From Candidatus Marinacidobacterium sp. (GTDB lineage: Bacteria; Acidobacteriota; Vicinamibacteria; Marinacidobacterales; Marinacidobacteraceae): DNA of 64,000 bases. The stretch is from NCBI GenBank assembly GCA_965204755.1, contig OZ242011.1:3296001-3360000 (forward strand), in the 5' to 3' direction. The notes beneath the pieces are model-generated. The model did not search any database and was not told the origin of the DNA. It worked only from the letters and a program-made list of their open reading frames with translations. A program made the position numbers and the translations under genes. Positions 27,701 through 36,278 of the stretch are shown piece after piece (position 1 is the first letter of the stretch; the number at the start of each line of letters is the position of its first letter).

Positions 27701-28644
27701 CCGAGGCCTGGAGGAGGCAAGTGTCGCAAGATGGCGTCGGTCTTGCGGCAGGGTGCTTCGGCCCCGAATGGGAGACGCCCCTCGTTCGTTCGCAGGACGA
27801 AGCGGATCTGCTTGAACGAGTTCGTCGCGGTTCGCGATTCCCGCTGGGGTCGGGAAGTCGGTGGTGGTGCTTTCCCGTGGCCGAACTTCATGAAACGAAC
27901 GACAGACCCCTTTGGCTGGCGCAGACCTCCGGTCTTCCGCTCTGGAAGGGTGCGAGTTTCGGACCGTACGAGCCAAGAGGGACGGACGGCCGTCATTTCC
28001 CGCAGGAGGAGGAGTTGCTCCGCCGCAAACTCCACAAGCGCTCGCCGGGCAGCGGCTCACTGCTTGGACGAAAGTCCAAAACAGCACGCCAAGCCGCGGT
28101 GCGGAAGGAGGTGAGACGCGCCCGCGTCGCCTTTCACGATGTAGCCCGTGCGACGGACCCGCGCACCGTAGTCGCCTGCCTGATCCCCCCTACAGTTCTC
28201 CTGACCAACACGGCGCCCTATCTCGCGTTCCTTCACGGTGCGGAGAGGGAGCAGGCAGCCTGCCTGGGTGTCCTGAACAGTCTTCCGTTCGATTGGCAGG
28301 CCCGGCGGTTCGTCGAACTCCATGTGAACTTTTTCATCCTTGAGGGATTGATCGTTCCGGACATGGAGGAGAGCGACTTCGAGGTCGTTGCCGGGGCGTC
28401 GGCGCGGCTTTCCGCCGTGGACGACCGTTTCGCGGACTTTGCGAAGGCTACCGGGGTCAAGTGCGGTCCCGTCGAGGAGGATGAACGGAGCGAATTGCGA
28501 GCGGAGATCGATGCCCGCGTCGCCCGCGCCTGGAAACTCGACGAGAACGACCTCGACCTGATGTTCGCCGATTTCAGCGAGTCGGCGGTGTCGGCGGACT
28601 ACCGGGAAGCCGTGCGAATCCGTCTGCGGGCGTTGAACGCCTGA
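24721..28644 (+). CDS. type IIG/Eco57I-like N6-adenine DNA methyltransferase (PglX/DrmMI-like architecture)
   Basis: RLLFVLYAE, YNGALF, LGHIYESLL, GVYYTP, motif I VLDPACGSAHF, IYGVD, motif IV VGNPPW, C-terminal TRD LNSLPFDW. Confidence 0.9.
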   Translation: MDAERVVSTLIGDGIAEEAKPQGEFVLSARIGRTEVSVAGSLSAASAGAKLRSRWKQRVGNRPLKLLLLADVSGGDDRVVVVGPSKADQGPYSVPATGLLEKLRAFADRPDKGARLRWLTRELQRLGLSGIPGVLVRGLLTEHTLERWRERDWWEGAKRTTAAVGSGDTWRDLFGKLGYELEQQPEGYFLRAGAAPVAAAIAFSESDQFDRFDENNRPPEGRLADLCASANLRYGILAARGRLRLFRFDALDGSGASDWIELDAAELREEDRPFLALFASESLVPDGRFDAVLSDSRRYGVELWKRLDNRIRDRALPVLAEEMEVWAKATGLDLSDPAVRKDLEQASLTLAFRLLFVLYAESAGYLPMSNAEYEGASLTRLVREARRTRDRLDDKSTALWLRFVVLVQAMRGGNSAWKVPAYNGALFSSDAFLGAETLERLSLRDPGFGSVLTLLGWDEKHDCGVDYSTIEIGHLGHIYESLLTRQLTLAQRDLVYDAKKDRYRPPKFSEAREPVVSAGSLLWQTHLGGRKAGGVYYTPSPLVRHLVERAVAPAFERHLDQVRKTAETDPESAADQLLDFAVLDPACGSAHFLVEVLDRLADLTARFLGNQPLPAIAARMETLRAAAGSDSGIRDMTLLRRLLLKHCIYGVDVSPMGVEIATLSLWLAAFVPGLSLSYLGRNVIRGNSLLGVADRETVVKPHAFESDELRESLKNAAEAAAELADNPDRTPEEYDQSSAADHAAQTFAAGAKRLFDLWTAEAEVSDCRRYLGGRGKAILDDDLDDRGRELVPAAADYARRWDVLHWPVAFPHVFARERPGFDAVVGNPPWEEVTVEELDIYVMVSPGLNTLPEDQRLLAVAELDEQDPALRSRVLREKGRARTQRRGLGVGEYEGSPGDPDLYKYFCQRYRKLLRADGAFGVVLPRTAFSAKGSAKFREWLYGQITVDRVDFLVNTKQWAFDSTPKYTIALLAARNRRSPPSHRAEFAGTADSPEAWRRQVSQDGVGLAAGCFGPEWETPLVRSQDEADLLERVRRGSRFPLGSGSRWWCFPVAELHETNDRPLWLAQTSGLPLWKGASFGPYEPRGTDGRHFPQEEELLRRKLHKRSPGSGSLLGRKSKTARQAAVRKEVRRARVAFHDVARATDPRTVVACLIPPTVLLTNTAPYLAFLHGAEREQAACLGVLNSLPFDWQARRFVELHVNFFILEGLIVPDMEESDFEVVAGASARLSAVDDRFADFAKATGVKCGPVEEDERSELRAEIDARVARAWKLDENDLDLMFADFSESAVSADYREAVRIRLRALNA

Positions 28645-28657
28645 TCGTCGTCGCGCG

Positions 28658-31600
28658 GTGAGTCGGCGTCCGCTTCCGCCGCCCCCCGCGGCCGTGTCGG
28701 TGCGTCCGACCCTGCTCGACAACCTCGAATTCGGGACCCACCGAGTCGGACTCGGCGCTCTCGCCTCCGACGATCCGAAGGACGCTCCGGTGTCCGTCGC
28801 CACCGGGTATGTGAATCTCGGGGGGCTCGCGGCGCTCGCGCAGGTCACGGAGACGCCGGCACGGCCGGTGCGGCTCCTGATCGGGGTCGCGCCTCCGCCC
28901 GGCGGCGGAGGAGCGCGGGCTTTGGTCAGGAAGTTCTTCGACGAGGCGCTTCAGGAGGTCCGCCGCGACCGGAACTTCGGGCGCTTTCCGCCGAGCCGGG
29001 CGAGGAGGAGTATCGGCCCGGTGGCCGAGTGGCTGAAGCGGCCCGAGGTCGAAGTCCGGCGGTACCAGGGAGCGTTCCTCCACGGGAAGGCGTACTTGTT
29101 CGGCGACGCCGGCAACCCGCGGGCGGCGCTCGTGTCCTCGGCGAACCTGACCGCCGCCGGGATGGAGAAGAACCTGGAACTCGGCTTGGTCGAGTACGGC
29201 CCGGACACCGTGGCCAAGGCCATCCGCTGGTTCGACCGCCTGTGGAAGTCCGACCAGGCCCGGGACTTCAAGGAGACGCTGGAGAAGTTGCTGGGCGCGG
29301 ACCCGCTCCTCGACGCGCTGGAAGATCCGCGGGCGATCTACCTCCGGATCCTGCTCGAGTACTTCGGGGACGAGTTGGAGAAGGATCCGCCGCGGCCGCA
29401 GGCGGTCACCCTGGCCGACTTCCAGTGGGACGGGTTCCGGCGGGCGCTCCGGATCCTGGACAAGTGCGGCGGCGTGATCTACGCGGACGGCGTCGGCACC
29501 GGCAAGACGGAGATCGGGCTGGCGCTGCTGGAGCGGTACGCGGTCGGGGAAGGCAAACACGCGCTGGTGGTGGCGCCGGCGCAACTGGTGAAGACCTGGC
29601 AGGACCGGATCGACGAGGGAAACCTGCCGGGCCGGGTCGTTTCCTTCCACCAGTTGGCCGACGACCGGCGACTGAACCCGGAGGGGCGCGGCCGACACCT
29701 CCCCGCCGACAAGGACACCTACCGGCTGATCGTCGTGGACGAAGCGCACGCCTTCCGCAATCCGGACACCGGTTGGCACCGGGCGCTCTCCCGGCTGCTC
29801 GGCGGGAAACCCAAGCACGCGGTCTTCCTCACGGCCACGCCGATCAACAACGGCCTGCCGGACCTCTTCCACCTGGTGATGGCCTTCGCCCGCCACGACG
29901 CGGCGTTCGCCGAGCACGGGATCCGCTCGCTGCGGGCGCTGTTCCGGTCGGCGGGGGCGTTCAGCCGGGACGGGGAGAACCTGGACGCGGACCGCCTGTT
30001 CCCGCTCGCCGACCTGGTGAGCGTCCGGCGCGACCGGGCGTTCATCGAGAAGCACTACCCGGACGCCAAGTTCCCGGACGGGAGGCCGCTGCGCTTCCCG
30101 AAGCCTCGACTCGAGACGGCGCGCTACGCGATAGACGAGGTATGGCCCGGGCTGGTCGCCGAGATCACTGACGCCGTGAACGAACTGACCCTCGCCCGCT
30201 ACCGCCCCGAGCACTACGCGGTCGGTGAGGCGAGGGAAGAGGACCGCAACGATACGGGGATCACCGGCCTGCTGCGCTCGGCGATCCTCAAGCGGTTCGA
30301 GTCCTGCCACGAGTCCTGCCGCCTGACCGTGGAGCGCATGGAGAAGGCGCACGAGGCGTTCCTCGCGGCCTGGGATGCCGGGTTCGTTCCCGGCTCCGAG
30401 GCGCTGCGGGAAATCGTGGAGGCGGACCTCGACGAGACGGCGGCGGCCGCGTGGCTCGGCGACGAGATCGAAGACGGACGGAGCCGACCGGTCGCGGACT
30501 TCGACGCCCTGCTTCGGCAACAGGTGGCGGACGACCTGGAGCGCCTGCGGAGGTTCCACCGGCGCCTGGAAGAGACCCGGCAGGGCGACGATCCGAAACT
30601 CCGGCTGCTGGTCCGGCTGATCGAGGAGTCGCCGTCGGAAAAGGTCGTCGTCTTCTCCGCGTTCGCCGATACGGTGCGCTATCTCGACGAAAAACTCCCG
30701 GAGGTCGTGGACGGACGGCGCCGCGCAGTCGTGATCGGCGAGGAGACCGCGCCCGACGAGCGGATGCGCCGCCTCGAGAGTTTCGCCCCGAAGAGCGTCG
30801 TCGGCGAGGATCACGAACTCCCGGACGAAGTGCAGGAAGTGGATCTCCTGCTCAGCAACGATGTCCTCTCGGAAGGGCAGAACCTGCAGCAGGCGGGAGC
30901 GGTCGTCAGTTACGACTTCCCGTGGAACCCGCAGCGGGTCGTCCAGCGCTACGGGCGGGTCATCCGGCTCAAGAGTCCGCACGACGAGGTGTATCTCACG
31001 ACCATGCTGCCGGCGCCGGGAGACCTCGAACTCCTGCTGAAACTCGAGGCGGCCATCCGGCGCAAACTGACCGCGGCGCGGCTCTACGGCATGGATGTGG
31101 AGGTGGTCGAAGGCGGGGCGCCGGAAGCGGAGTTGATGTCCTTCGCGGAGCGGCTCGCCGCCCACGACCCGACCCTGCTCCGCGAATCCGTCGGATCCGG
31201 CATCGGGGCGGCGTTCAGCGGGGAATCGCTGCGCGCGGACTTCCATCGCGCCCTCATGGAAGGCGAACTGCGGAAACTGCGCAACCTGCCTTGGGGCGTG
31301 GGCGCCGCGTTCCGCCTGCCGGCGCCGGGCCGGTCCGGAGCGGCGACGGCAGCCCCCGGCGAATCGTGGGCCCGGACGCCGGGAGTCTTCTTCGCCTGCC
31401 GGACGAAGCGGGACGACCGCTATTGGCGTTTCGTACCGCTCGAGGGTTCGGGGACCGGGCCGGAACCGGAGGCGCTCCACCTGCGGCGGATCGCGCCGCC
31501 GCGAGGAGTGTCCGGTCTGACCTCCCTGCCGGAGGAGGCGGACCTGGAACGGGCTTGGGAAACCGCCGCGGAGTCCATCGTGAAGGAGCACAACGAACTC

Positions 31601-31939
31601 GCCGAGGCGAGTTTGGAGGAGGCGTCGGTGGGGCCGCGGCAGGCGTGGGCGCTCGGCGTGCTCGACGACCCCGACCACGGCCTCTCCGACGAGGAAGCCG
31701 ACCATGCTTCGGAGGCGCTCCGCGTGGGCCGCAGCCAGTCCATCCGCCGCGAGTTGGGCCGGATCGAGAAGGAACTCGAGGACAAGGCCATCTCCCTCTC
31801 CGAGGCCGCCGGCCGCATCGTGGCCCTCGTGAAGTCGGAGGGCCTCCGCCCGGTGGAGCCCCCCAAACCCCTCGAACCCATCGAAGGCGAACAAGACTTG
31901 GGCGTCGTCTGCTGGATGGCCCTCCTTCCTTCGGCGTAG
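28658..31939 (+). CDS. SNF2-family helicase with N-terminal PLD-like nuclease domain
   Basis: VATGY, FLHGKAY...SSANLT (PLD-like); ADGVGTGKT, VDEAH, TATPINN, SEGQNLQ, PWNP..VVQRYGRV. Confidence 0.9.
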   Translation: MSRRPLPPPPAAVSVRPTLLDNLEFGTHRVGLGALASDDPKDAPVSVATGYVNLGGLAALAQVTETPARPVRLLIGVAPPPGGGGARALVRKFFDEALQEVRRDRNFGRFPPSRARRSIGPVAEWLKRPEVEVRRYQGAFLHGKAYLFGDAGNPRAALVSSANLTAAGMEKNLELGLVEYGPDTVAKAIRWFDRLWKSDQARDFKETLEKLLGADPLLDALEDPRAIYLRILLEYFGDELEKDPPRPQAVTLADFQWDGFRRALRILDKCGGVIYADGVGTGKTEIGLALLERYAVGEGKHALVVAPAQLVKTWQDRIDEGNLPGRVVSFHQLADDRRLNPEGRGRHLPADKDTYRLIVVDEAHAFRNPDTGWHRALSRLLGGKPKHAVFLTATPINNGLPDLFHLVMAFARHDAAFAEHGIRSLRALFRSAGAFSRDGENLDADRLFPLADLVSVRRDRAFIEKHYPDAKFPDGRPLRFPKPRLETARYAIDEVWPGLVAEITDAVNELTLARYRPEHYAVGEAREEDRNDTGITGLLRSAILKRFESCHESCRLTVERMEKAHEAFLAAWDAGFVPGSEALREIVEADLDETAAAAWLGDEIEDGRSRPVADFDALLRQQVADDLERLRRFHRRLEETRQGDDPKLRLLVRLIEESPSEKVVVFSAFADTVRYLDEKLPEVVDGRRRAVVIGEETAPDERMRRLESFAPKSVVGEDHELPDEVQEVDLLLSNDVLSEGQNLQQAGAVVSYDFPWNPQRVVQRYGRVIRLKSPHDEVYLTTMLPAPGDLELLLKLEAAIRRKLTAARLYGMDVEVVEGGAPEAELMSFAERLAAHDPTLLRESVGSGIGAAFSGESLRADFHRALMEGELRKLRNLPWGVGAAFRLPAPGRSGAATAAPGESWARTPGVFFACRTKRDDRYWRFVPLEGSGTGPEPEALHLRRIAPPRGVSGLTSLPEEADLERAWETAAESIVKEHNELAEASLEEASVGPRQAWALGVLDDPDHGLSDEEADHASEALRVGRSQSIRRELGRIEKELEDKAISLSEAAGRIVALVKSEGLRPVEPPKPLEPIEGEQDLGVVCWMALLPSA

Positions 31940-32062
31940 CAGGGGCGGTTCGCTCCCTTCCGGGCAGAACGGAGGAACGCGCGGCGGGCCCGGCTGACGG
32001 TCGCGACTGCCGGGAAGCCGCGGGGCCTGCTCGGTATGGAGAGGCCGGCTAGACTGGTTCCC

Positions 32063-32485
32063 ATGCGCCCGGAAATCGGTTCGGGGCCGTTCCGACCCGG
32101 AACCGGCCGCCCCCCGCCGTATCTCGCCGGGCGGGAGGAAGAGCAGGACCTCTTCCTGATGCTGCTCGCCGACTTGAAGCCGTTTTCGACCGGCAGCGGG
32201 ACGACTACTACGCCGACCGCCACGACGAACTGGAAACTGCGGCTGCTGCGCCCGGCGCGAGAGGTCGCGGAGGCATTCGAGTCGCAACCACTCCTCTCCG
32301 GCGAGGCACTGGAGGCCGCCATCCGGCGAGGTTTCGGCGAGGACGCCGGCGACGACCAAGTGGACGCGACGGCGCAGCAGTTCCGCCATCTCGGCTACAT
32401 CTGGCGGGCCGGAACCCGTCGGCCGTGGGAACCGGGCATTCCCAGCCTGATGGACTACATCCTCCGGGAAGTCCCCGCGCCGTAA
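32063..32485 (+). pseudogene. internally deleted duplicate of the downstream AAA ATPase
   Basis: N-terminal GPFRPGTGRPPPYLAGRE and C-terminal HLGYIWRAGTRR.WEPGIPSLMDYILREVP match 32599-33720; Walker A/B region missing; short out-of-frame stretch. Confidence 0.8.
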
Positions 32486-32598
32486 GCCGGCGAGCCGCCT
32501 CCGGAATCTCTGCGGTGCGGGAAGCGCTCCACGACCCCCGAGAACCACGAGGGATTCGCCGCCGCTCGGCGCCGGGACTTCCGGCTAAACTGGTTCTC

Positions 32599-33720
32599 GT
32601 GCGCTCTGAAATCGGTGGGGGGCCGTTCCAGCCCGGTTCCGGCGTACTCCCGCCGCACCTCGCCGGGCGGGAGCGGGAGCAGGACCTCTTCCGGACGCTG
32701 CTCGCCCGACTCGACCGCGGCGAGGCGCCGCCCGGAGAAGTCATCCTCTACGGGCCGCGCGGCAACGGCAAGACGGCGCTCCTCGCGTGGGTCAGCGAGT
32801 TTGCGAGCGAGTCCACCGGCGTGGATGTCGAGGAACGCACGCCGTCGGAGTTCGATTCCCCGGCCGGACTGGCCGAGTTGTTGTTGCCGAAGTCCTGGTG
32901 GAAGACCGTCGGCCCCGAGGAGGTCGGCGTTCGGGGGATCACTTGGCGCCCGGGCCGGCGATCGGCAGCCCCGACCCCCGCCGAAGTCCTCGCTCTTCGG
33001 GCCGGGAGGAAACCGTTGGTCGTGCTTCTCGACGAAGCGCACACTCTCGACCCCGAAGTCGGCCGCGCTCTCTTGAACGCGGCGCAGAAGGTCCGGCGCT
33101 CGGCGCCGTTTCTCCTGGTGTTGGCGGGAACTCCGAACCTTCGCGACCACTTGGCGTCCATGGGCGCCTCTTTCTGGAACCGCGGCCGGAAGTTGCGGAT
33201 CGGACGCCTGGACGAGAGCGCCGCGGCGGAGGCGATACGGGAGCCGCTGGCGGCCGAAGACATCACCATCGCGGACGATGCGTTGGAGCACTTGGTTCGC
33301 GACAGCCACGGGTATCCGTTCTTCGTCCAACTCTGGGGCGAAGCGGTGTGGGCTCGCGCCGTCGAGACCTCACGGCAACAGGTCGTCTCCGAGGATGTGC
33401 GCGCCTGCCAAACCGTTTTCGACGAGCAGCGGGACGACTACTACGCCGACCGTCACGACGAATTGGAAGAACTGCGGCTGCTGCGCCCGGCGCGGGCGGT
33501 CGCGGAGACCTTCGAGTCGCGTCCCGCCCTCTCCGGCGGCGAACTGGAGGCCGCCATCCGGCGAGGTTTCGGCGAGGACGCCGGCGATGACGAAGTGAAC
33601 GCGGCGGCGCAGCAGTTCCGCCATCTCGGCTACATCTGGCGGGCCGGAACCCGTCGGCTGTGGGAACCGGGCATTCCCAGCCTGATGGACTACATCCTCC
33701 GGGAGGTCCCCCCGCCATAG
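32599..33720 (+). CDS. AAA_16-like ATP-binding protein
   Basis: PF.PG....P.HLAGRE, YGPRGNGKT, LLDEAH, LAGTP, SHGYPFFVQ. Confidence 0.85.
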   Translation: MRSEIGGGPFQPGSGVLPPHLAGREREQDLFRTLLARLDRGEAPPGEVILYGPRGNGKTALLAWVSEFASESTGVDVEERTPSEFDSPAGLAELLLPKSWWKTVGPEEVGVRGITWRPGRRSAAPTPAEVLALRAGRKPLVVLLDEAHTLDPEVGRALLNAAQKVRRSAPFLLVLAGTPNLRDHLASMGASFWNRGRKLRIGRLDESAAAEAIREPLAAEDITIADDALEHLVRDSHGYPFFVQLWGEAVWARAVETSRQQVVSEDVRACQTVFDEQRDDYYADRHDELEELRLLRPARAVAETFESRPALSGGELEAAIRRGFGEDAGDDEVNAAAQQFRHLGYIWRAGTRRLWEPGIPSLMDYILREVPPP

Positions 33721-33740
33721 AATTCCGGCGGGAGGCGGCG

Positions 33741-35156
33741 ATGTTGACGGGGATGCGCCTGCGGGGCTTCAAGTCGTGGAGGGATACGGGCGACATCGAG
33801 TTACGGCCGATCACCGCGTTCTTCGGCCTGAACGGTTCCGGGAAGACGAGTCTCCTGCAGGCGCTGCTGCTGCTGAAACAGACGGCGGAATCGCCGGGCC
33901 GCGGGCAGGTCTTCCACTTCGGGGACGGTCGGTCGGCGGTGGACCTCGGCGACTTCACCGATGCGGTGCATCGGCGCGATGCCGATGCCGCGCTGGGCGT
34001 TTCCCTCGATTGGACCGCGGACTCCGAGGTACGCGTTCGCGACGGCGACTTGCGCGAAGTCGCCGTCTCGGATTCCCTCGGGTTCTCGGTGGTCGCGGCG
34101 CGGGAAGGCGAGAGATCGCCGGAGACGACCGTGCGCGAGATTACTCATCGCGTCGGGAACTCCTGCTTCGGGATGCGGCGCGGGAAACGGGGTTACCGGT
34201 TGTTCGCCGATGCCGGGGAGTTTCGCTTCCGCAGGCGGCGGCGCCATGCGGAGACTCTTCCCCCGCCGGTGTCCTGCTACAGGTTTCCGGCCGCTTCTCG
34301 CCAGGTGTTCGAGAACGCCGACTGCCTCTCCGCTCTCGAGCGTCCCCTGGAGCGGCAGTTGGACCGCCTCTACTACCTGGGGCTCTCGAGGGCGCGTCCG
34401 GAGCGACGGTATGTTTGGGTCGGCGCCCGCCCGCCGGATGCGGGGCGGTCGGGGGAGTTGGCCGTGGCGGTCCTCCTGGCGGCGCGCGCGGACGCAGACG
34501 GGATCGCGACGGAGCAGGGCGGGGACGGGCGCAGCCCGGAGGAGCAGGTGGAGCACTGGCTGCGGGAAATGGGCCTCGTCCATACCTTCCGCGTCGCGCC
34601 GCTGGTCCCGGGACTGTTCGAAGTGCTCGTTCGCCAGACGCCGCACTCGGCGGAAGTCCCGATCACCGGTGCGGGTTTCGGGGTCGCGCAGGCGCTTCCG
34701 GTGTTGGCGCTCTGCTTCCACGCCCCCGAGGGTTCCACCATCCTCCTCGAACAGCCGGAAACCCGACTGCATCCGTCGGCCCAGTCCGCGCTCGCCGACG
34801 CGCTCCTCGACGCGCGGCGGCGCCGGGGGATCCAGTTCCTGATCGAGAGCCACAGCGAGCACTTGCTGCGGCGGCTCCAGCGGCGCGTCTCCGATGAGAC
34901 TCTCTCCCACGAGGAAGTCGGGCTGTGGTATTGCGAGAACGAAGAAGGGGAGTCGTGCCTCACCGACTTGTCGCTGGATCGTTTCGGCGCCACCGGGTAT
35001 TGGCCGGAGGGGCTCTTCGGAGACCAGTTCCGCGAAGTGGTCGAGATCGCCGAGAATCGCCTGCGCCGGAGCATGGCCGAGGAAGAGAAGGAACCGGGCG
35101 CGCCCGCCTCGCCCTCGCGCCCGGAAGCGGGCGGGAGCGTGCCGGAAGCCGATTGA
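33741..35156 (+). CDS. AAA_21 ATPase with DUF3696-like C-terminus
   Basis: GFKSW, FGLNGSGKTS, GFGVAQALPV, LEQPETRLHP, IESHSEHLL, WPEGLF; GGAGG Shine-Dalgarno. Confidence 0.85.
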   Translation: MLTGMRLRGFKSWRDTGDIELRPITAFFGLNGSGKTSLLQALLLLKQTAESPGRGQVFHFGDGRSAVDLGDFTDAVHRRDADAALGVSLDWTADSEVRVRDGDLREVAVSDSLGFSVVAAREGERSPETTVREITHRVGNSCFGMRRGKRGYRLFADAGEFRFRRRRRHAETLPPPVSCYRFPAASRQVFENADCLSALERPLERQLDRLYYLGLSRARPERRYVWVGARPPDAGRSGELAVAVLLAARADADGIATEQGGDGRSPEEQVEHWLREMGLVHTFRVAPLVPGLFEVLVRQTPHSAEVPITGAGFGVAQALPVLALCFHAPEGSTILLEQPETRLHPSAQSALADALLDARRRRGIQFLIESHSEHLLRRLQRRVSDETLSHEEVGLWYCENEEGESCLTDLSLDRFGATGYWPEGLFGDQFREVVEIAENRLRRSMAEEEKEPGAPASPSRPEAGGSVPEAD

Positions 35157-35168
35157 GCGGCCGCGGCT

Positions 35169-35525
35169 CTACGCGCCGCTGCCGGTCAGGTCGCCGGACA
35201 GGCGGGCGCTCACCAGGCGGTTCAGGCTGACGCCTTCCTCCGCCGCCCGCAGTGCGAGAGCGCGGTGGACTTCCGGCGGGAGGCGGACGAGGAACCGGCC
35301 GCTGTAGCGCCGGTCGGCGAGCGGGGTCGGGATGTGTTCACCGTGCGCCTCCAGGTCGCGCAGAACCTCGGCCACCAGCGAGCGGATACCGGAGAAGGCG
35401 CGGTTCGGGGTGGCGGCGAGCCGACTGAGCGACGGGAACTCCAAGCAGAGCCCCACATGCTCCCCGTCCTCGGGAGACCAGGTGACGCGGTAGGTGTAGC
35501 GGTCGCGGATCGGCGGTCGGTTCAC
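35169..35525 (-). CDS. HicB family antitoxin (no adjacent hicA seen)
   Basis: YTYRVTWSPEDGEHVGLCLEFPSLS, YSGRFLVRLPPEVHRALALRAAEEGVSLN. Confidence 0.88.
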   Translation of the reverse strand: MNRPPIRDRYTYRVTWSPEDGEHVGLCLEFPSLSRLAATPNRAFSGIRSLVAEVLRDLEAHGEHIPTPLADRRYSGRFLVRLPPEVHRALALRAAEEGVSLNRLVSARLSGDLTGSGA

Positions 35526-35692
35526 GGGACGATACCGGTAATGGTATCGAGATTCCGACGGGGGCGGCGTCCGCGCCCGCCGGACACTCCCCGCCCCGGC
35601 GGTTGCGCCGGGCGGGGCGCGCCCGGTACGCTCGGGGCCCCCCGAGGGGGCGCCGGGGCCGCGGGGCGTCGGCGGGAACCGAGGAGTCGGGA

Positions 35693-36184
35693 ATGAACCA
35701 CAGCGTCCGGATCACCGTGAACGGCGAGGCCTCCGAGCACGAGGTCGAGCCGCGCCTGCTGCTCTGCCACCTGCTGCGCGACCGGTTGCGGCTGACCGGC
35801 ACGAACATCGGCTGCGACACCTCGCAGTGCGGGTCGTGCACCGTCCTGCTGGACGGGAAGGCCGTCAAGTCCTGCACCGTCCTCGCGCTCCAGGCCGACG
35901 GGGCGGAGGTCACCACCATCGAAGGGCTCGCCGGGGAGGACGGGCTCCACCCGATCCAGCAGGCCTTCTGGGACCACCACGGCCTGCAGTGCGGGTTCTG
36001 CACGCCGGGGATGATCCTGACGGCGGTCGAGATCCTGGATCGGAACCCGGAGGCCGGCGACTCCGAGGTGCGCCACGGGCTCGAAGGCAACATCTGCCGG
36101 TGCACCGGCTACCAGAACATCGTGAAGGCCATCGTCGCCGCCGGGGCGCGCGAAGAAGCCGGCGCCGGCGAAAGCGCCGACTGA
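35693..36184 (+). CDS. coxS: 2Fe-2S subunit of a molybdenum hydroxylase (CoxS-like)
   Basis: GCDTSQCGSCTV, QCGFCTPG, NICRCTGY. Confidence 0.9.
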   Translation: MNHSVRITVNGEASEHEVEPRLLLCHLLRDRLRLTGTNIGCDTSQCGSCTVLLDGKAVKSCTVLALQADGAEVTTIEGLAGEDGLHPIQQAFWDHHGLQCGFCTPGMILTAVEILDRNPEAGDSEVRHGLEGNICRCTGYQNIVKAIVAAGAREEAGAGESAD

Positions 36185-36278
36185 CGCGGCGGGCCGCTCA
36201 CCGAGAACACCGCACCGCGACAGCGACAGCGAACGAGACACGCCGACCGGAACCGGAACACCGGAAGGGAGGAACGCC

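Noticed and set aside
24721-31939. Complete BREX or DISARM system
   Set aside because: No pglZ, brxC, drmA or drmB-like genes are recognisable nearby.
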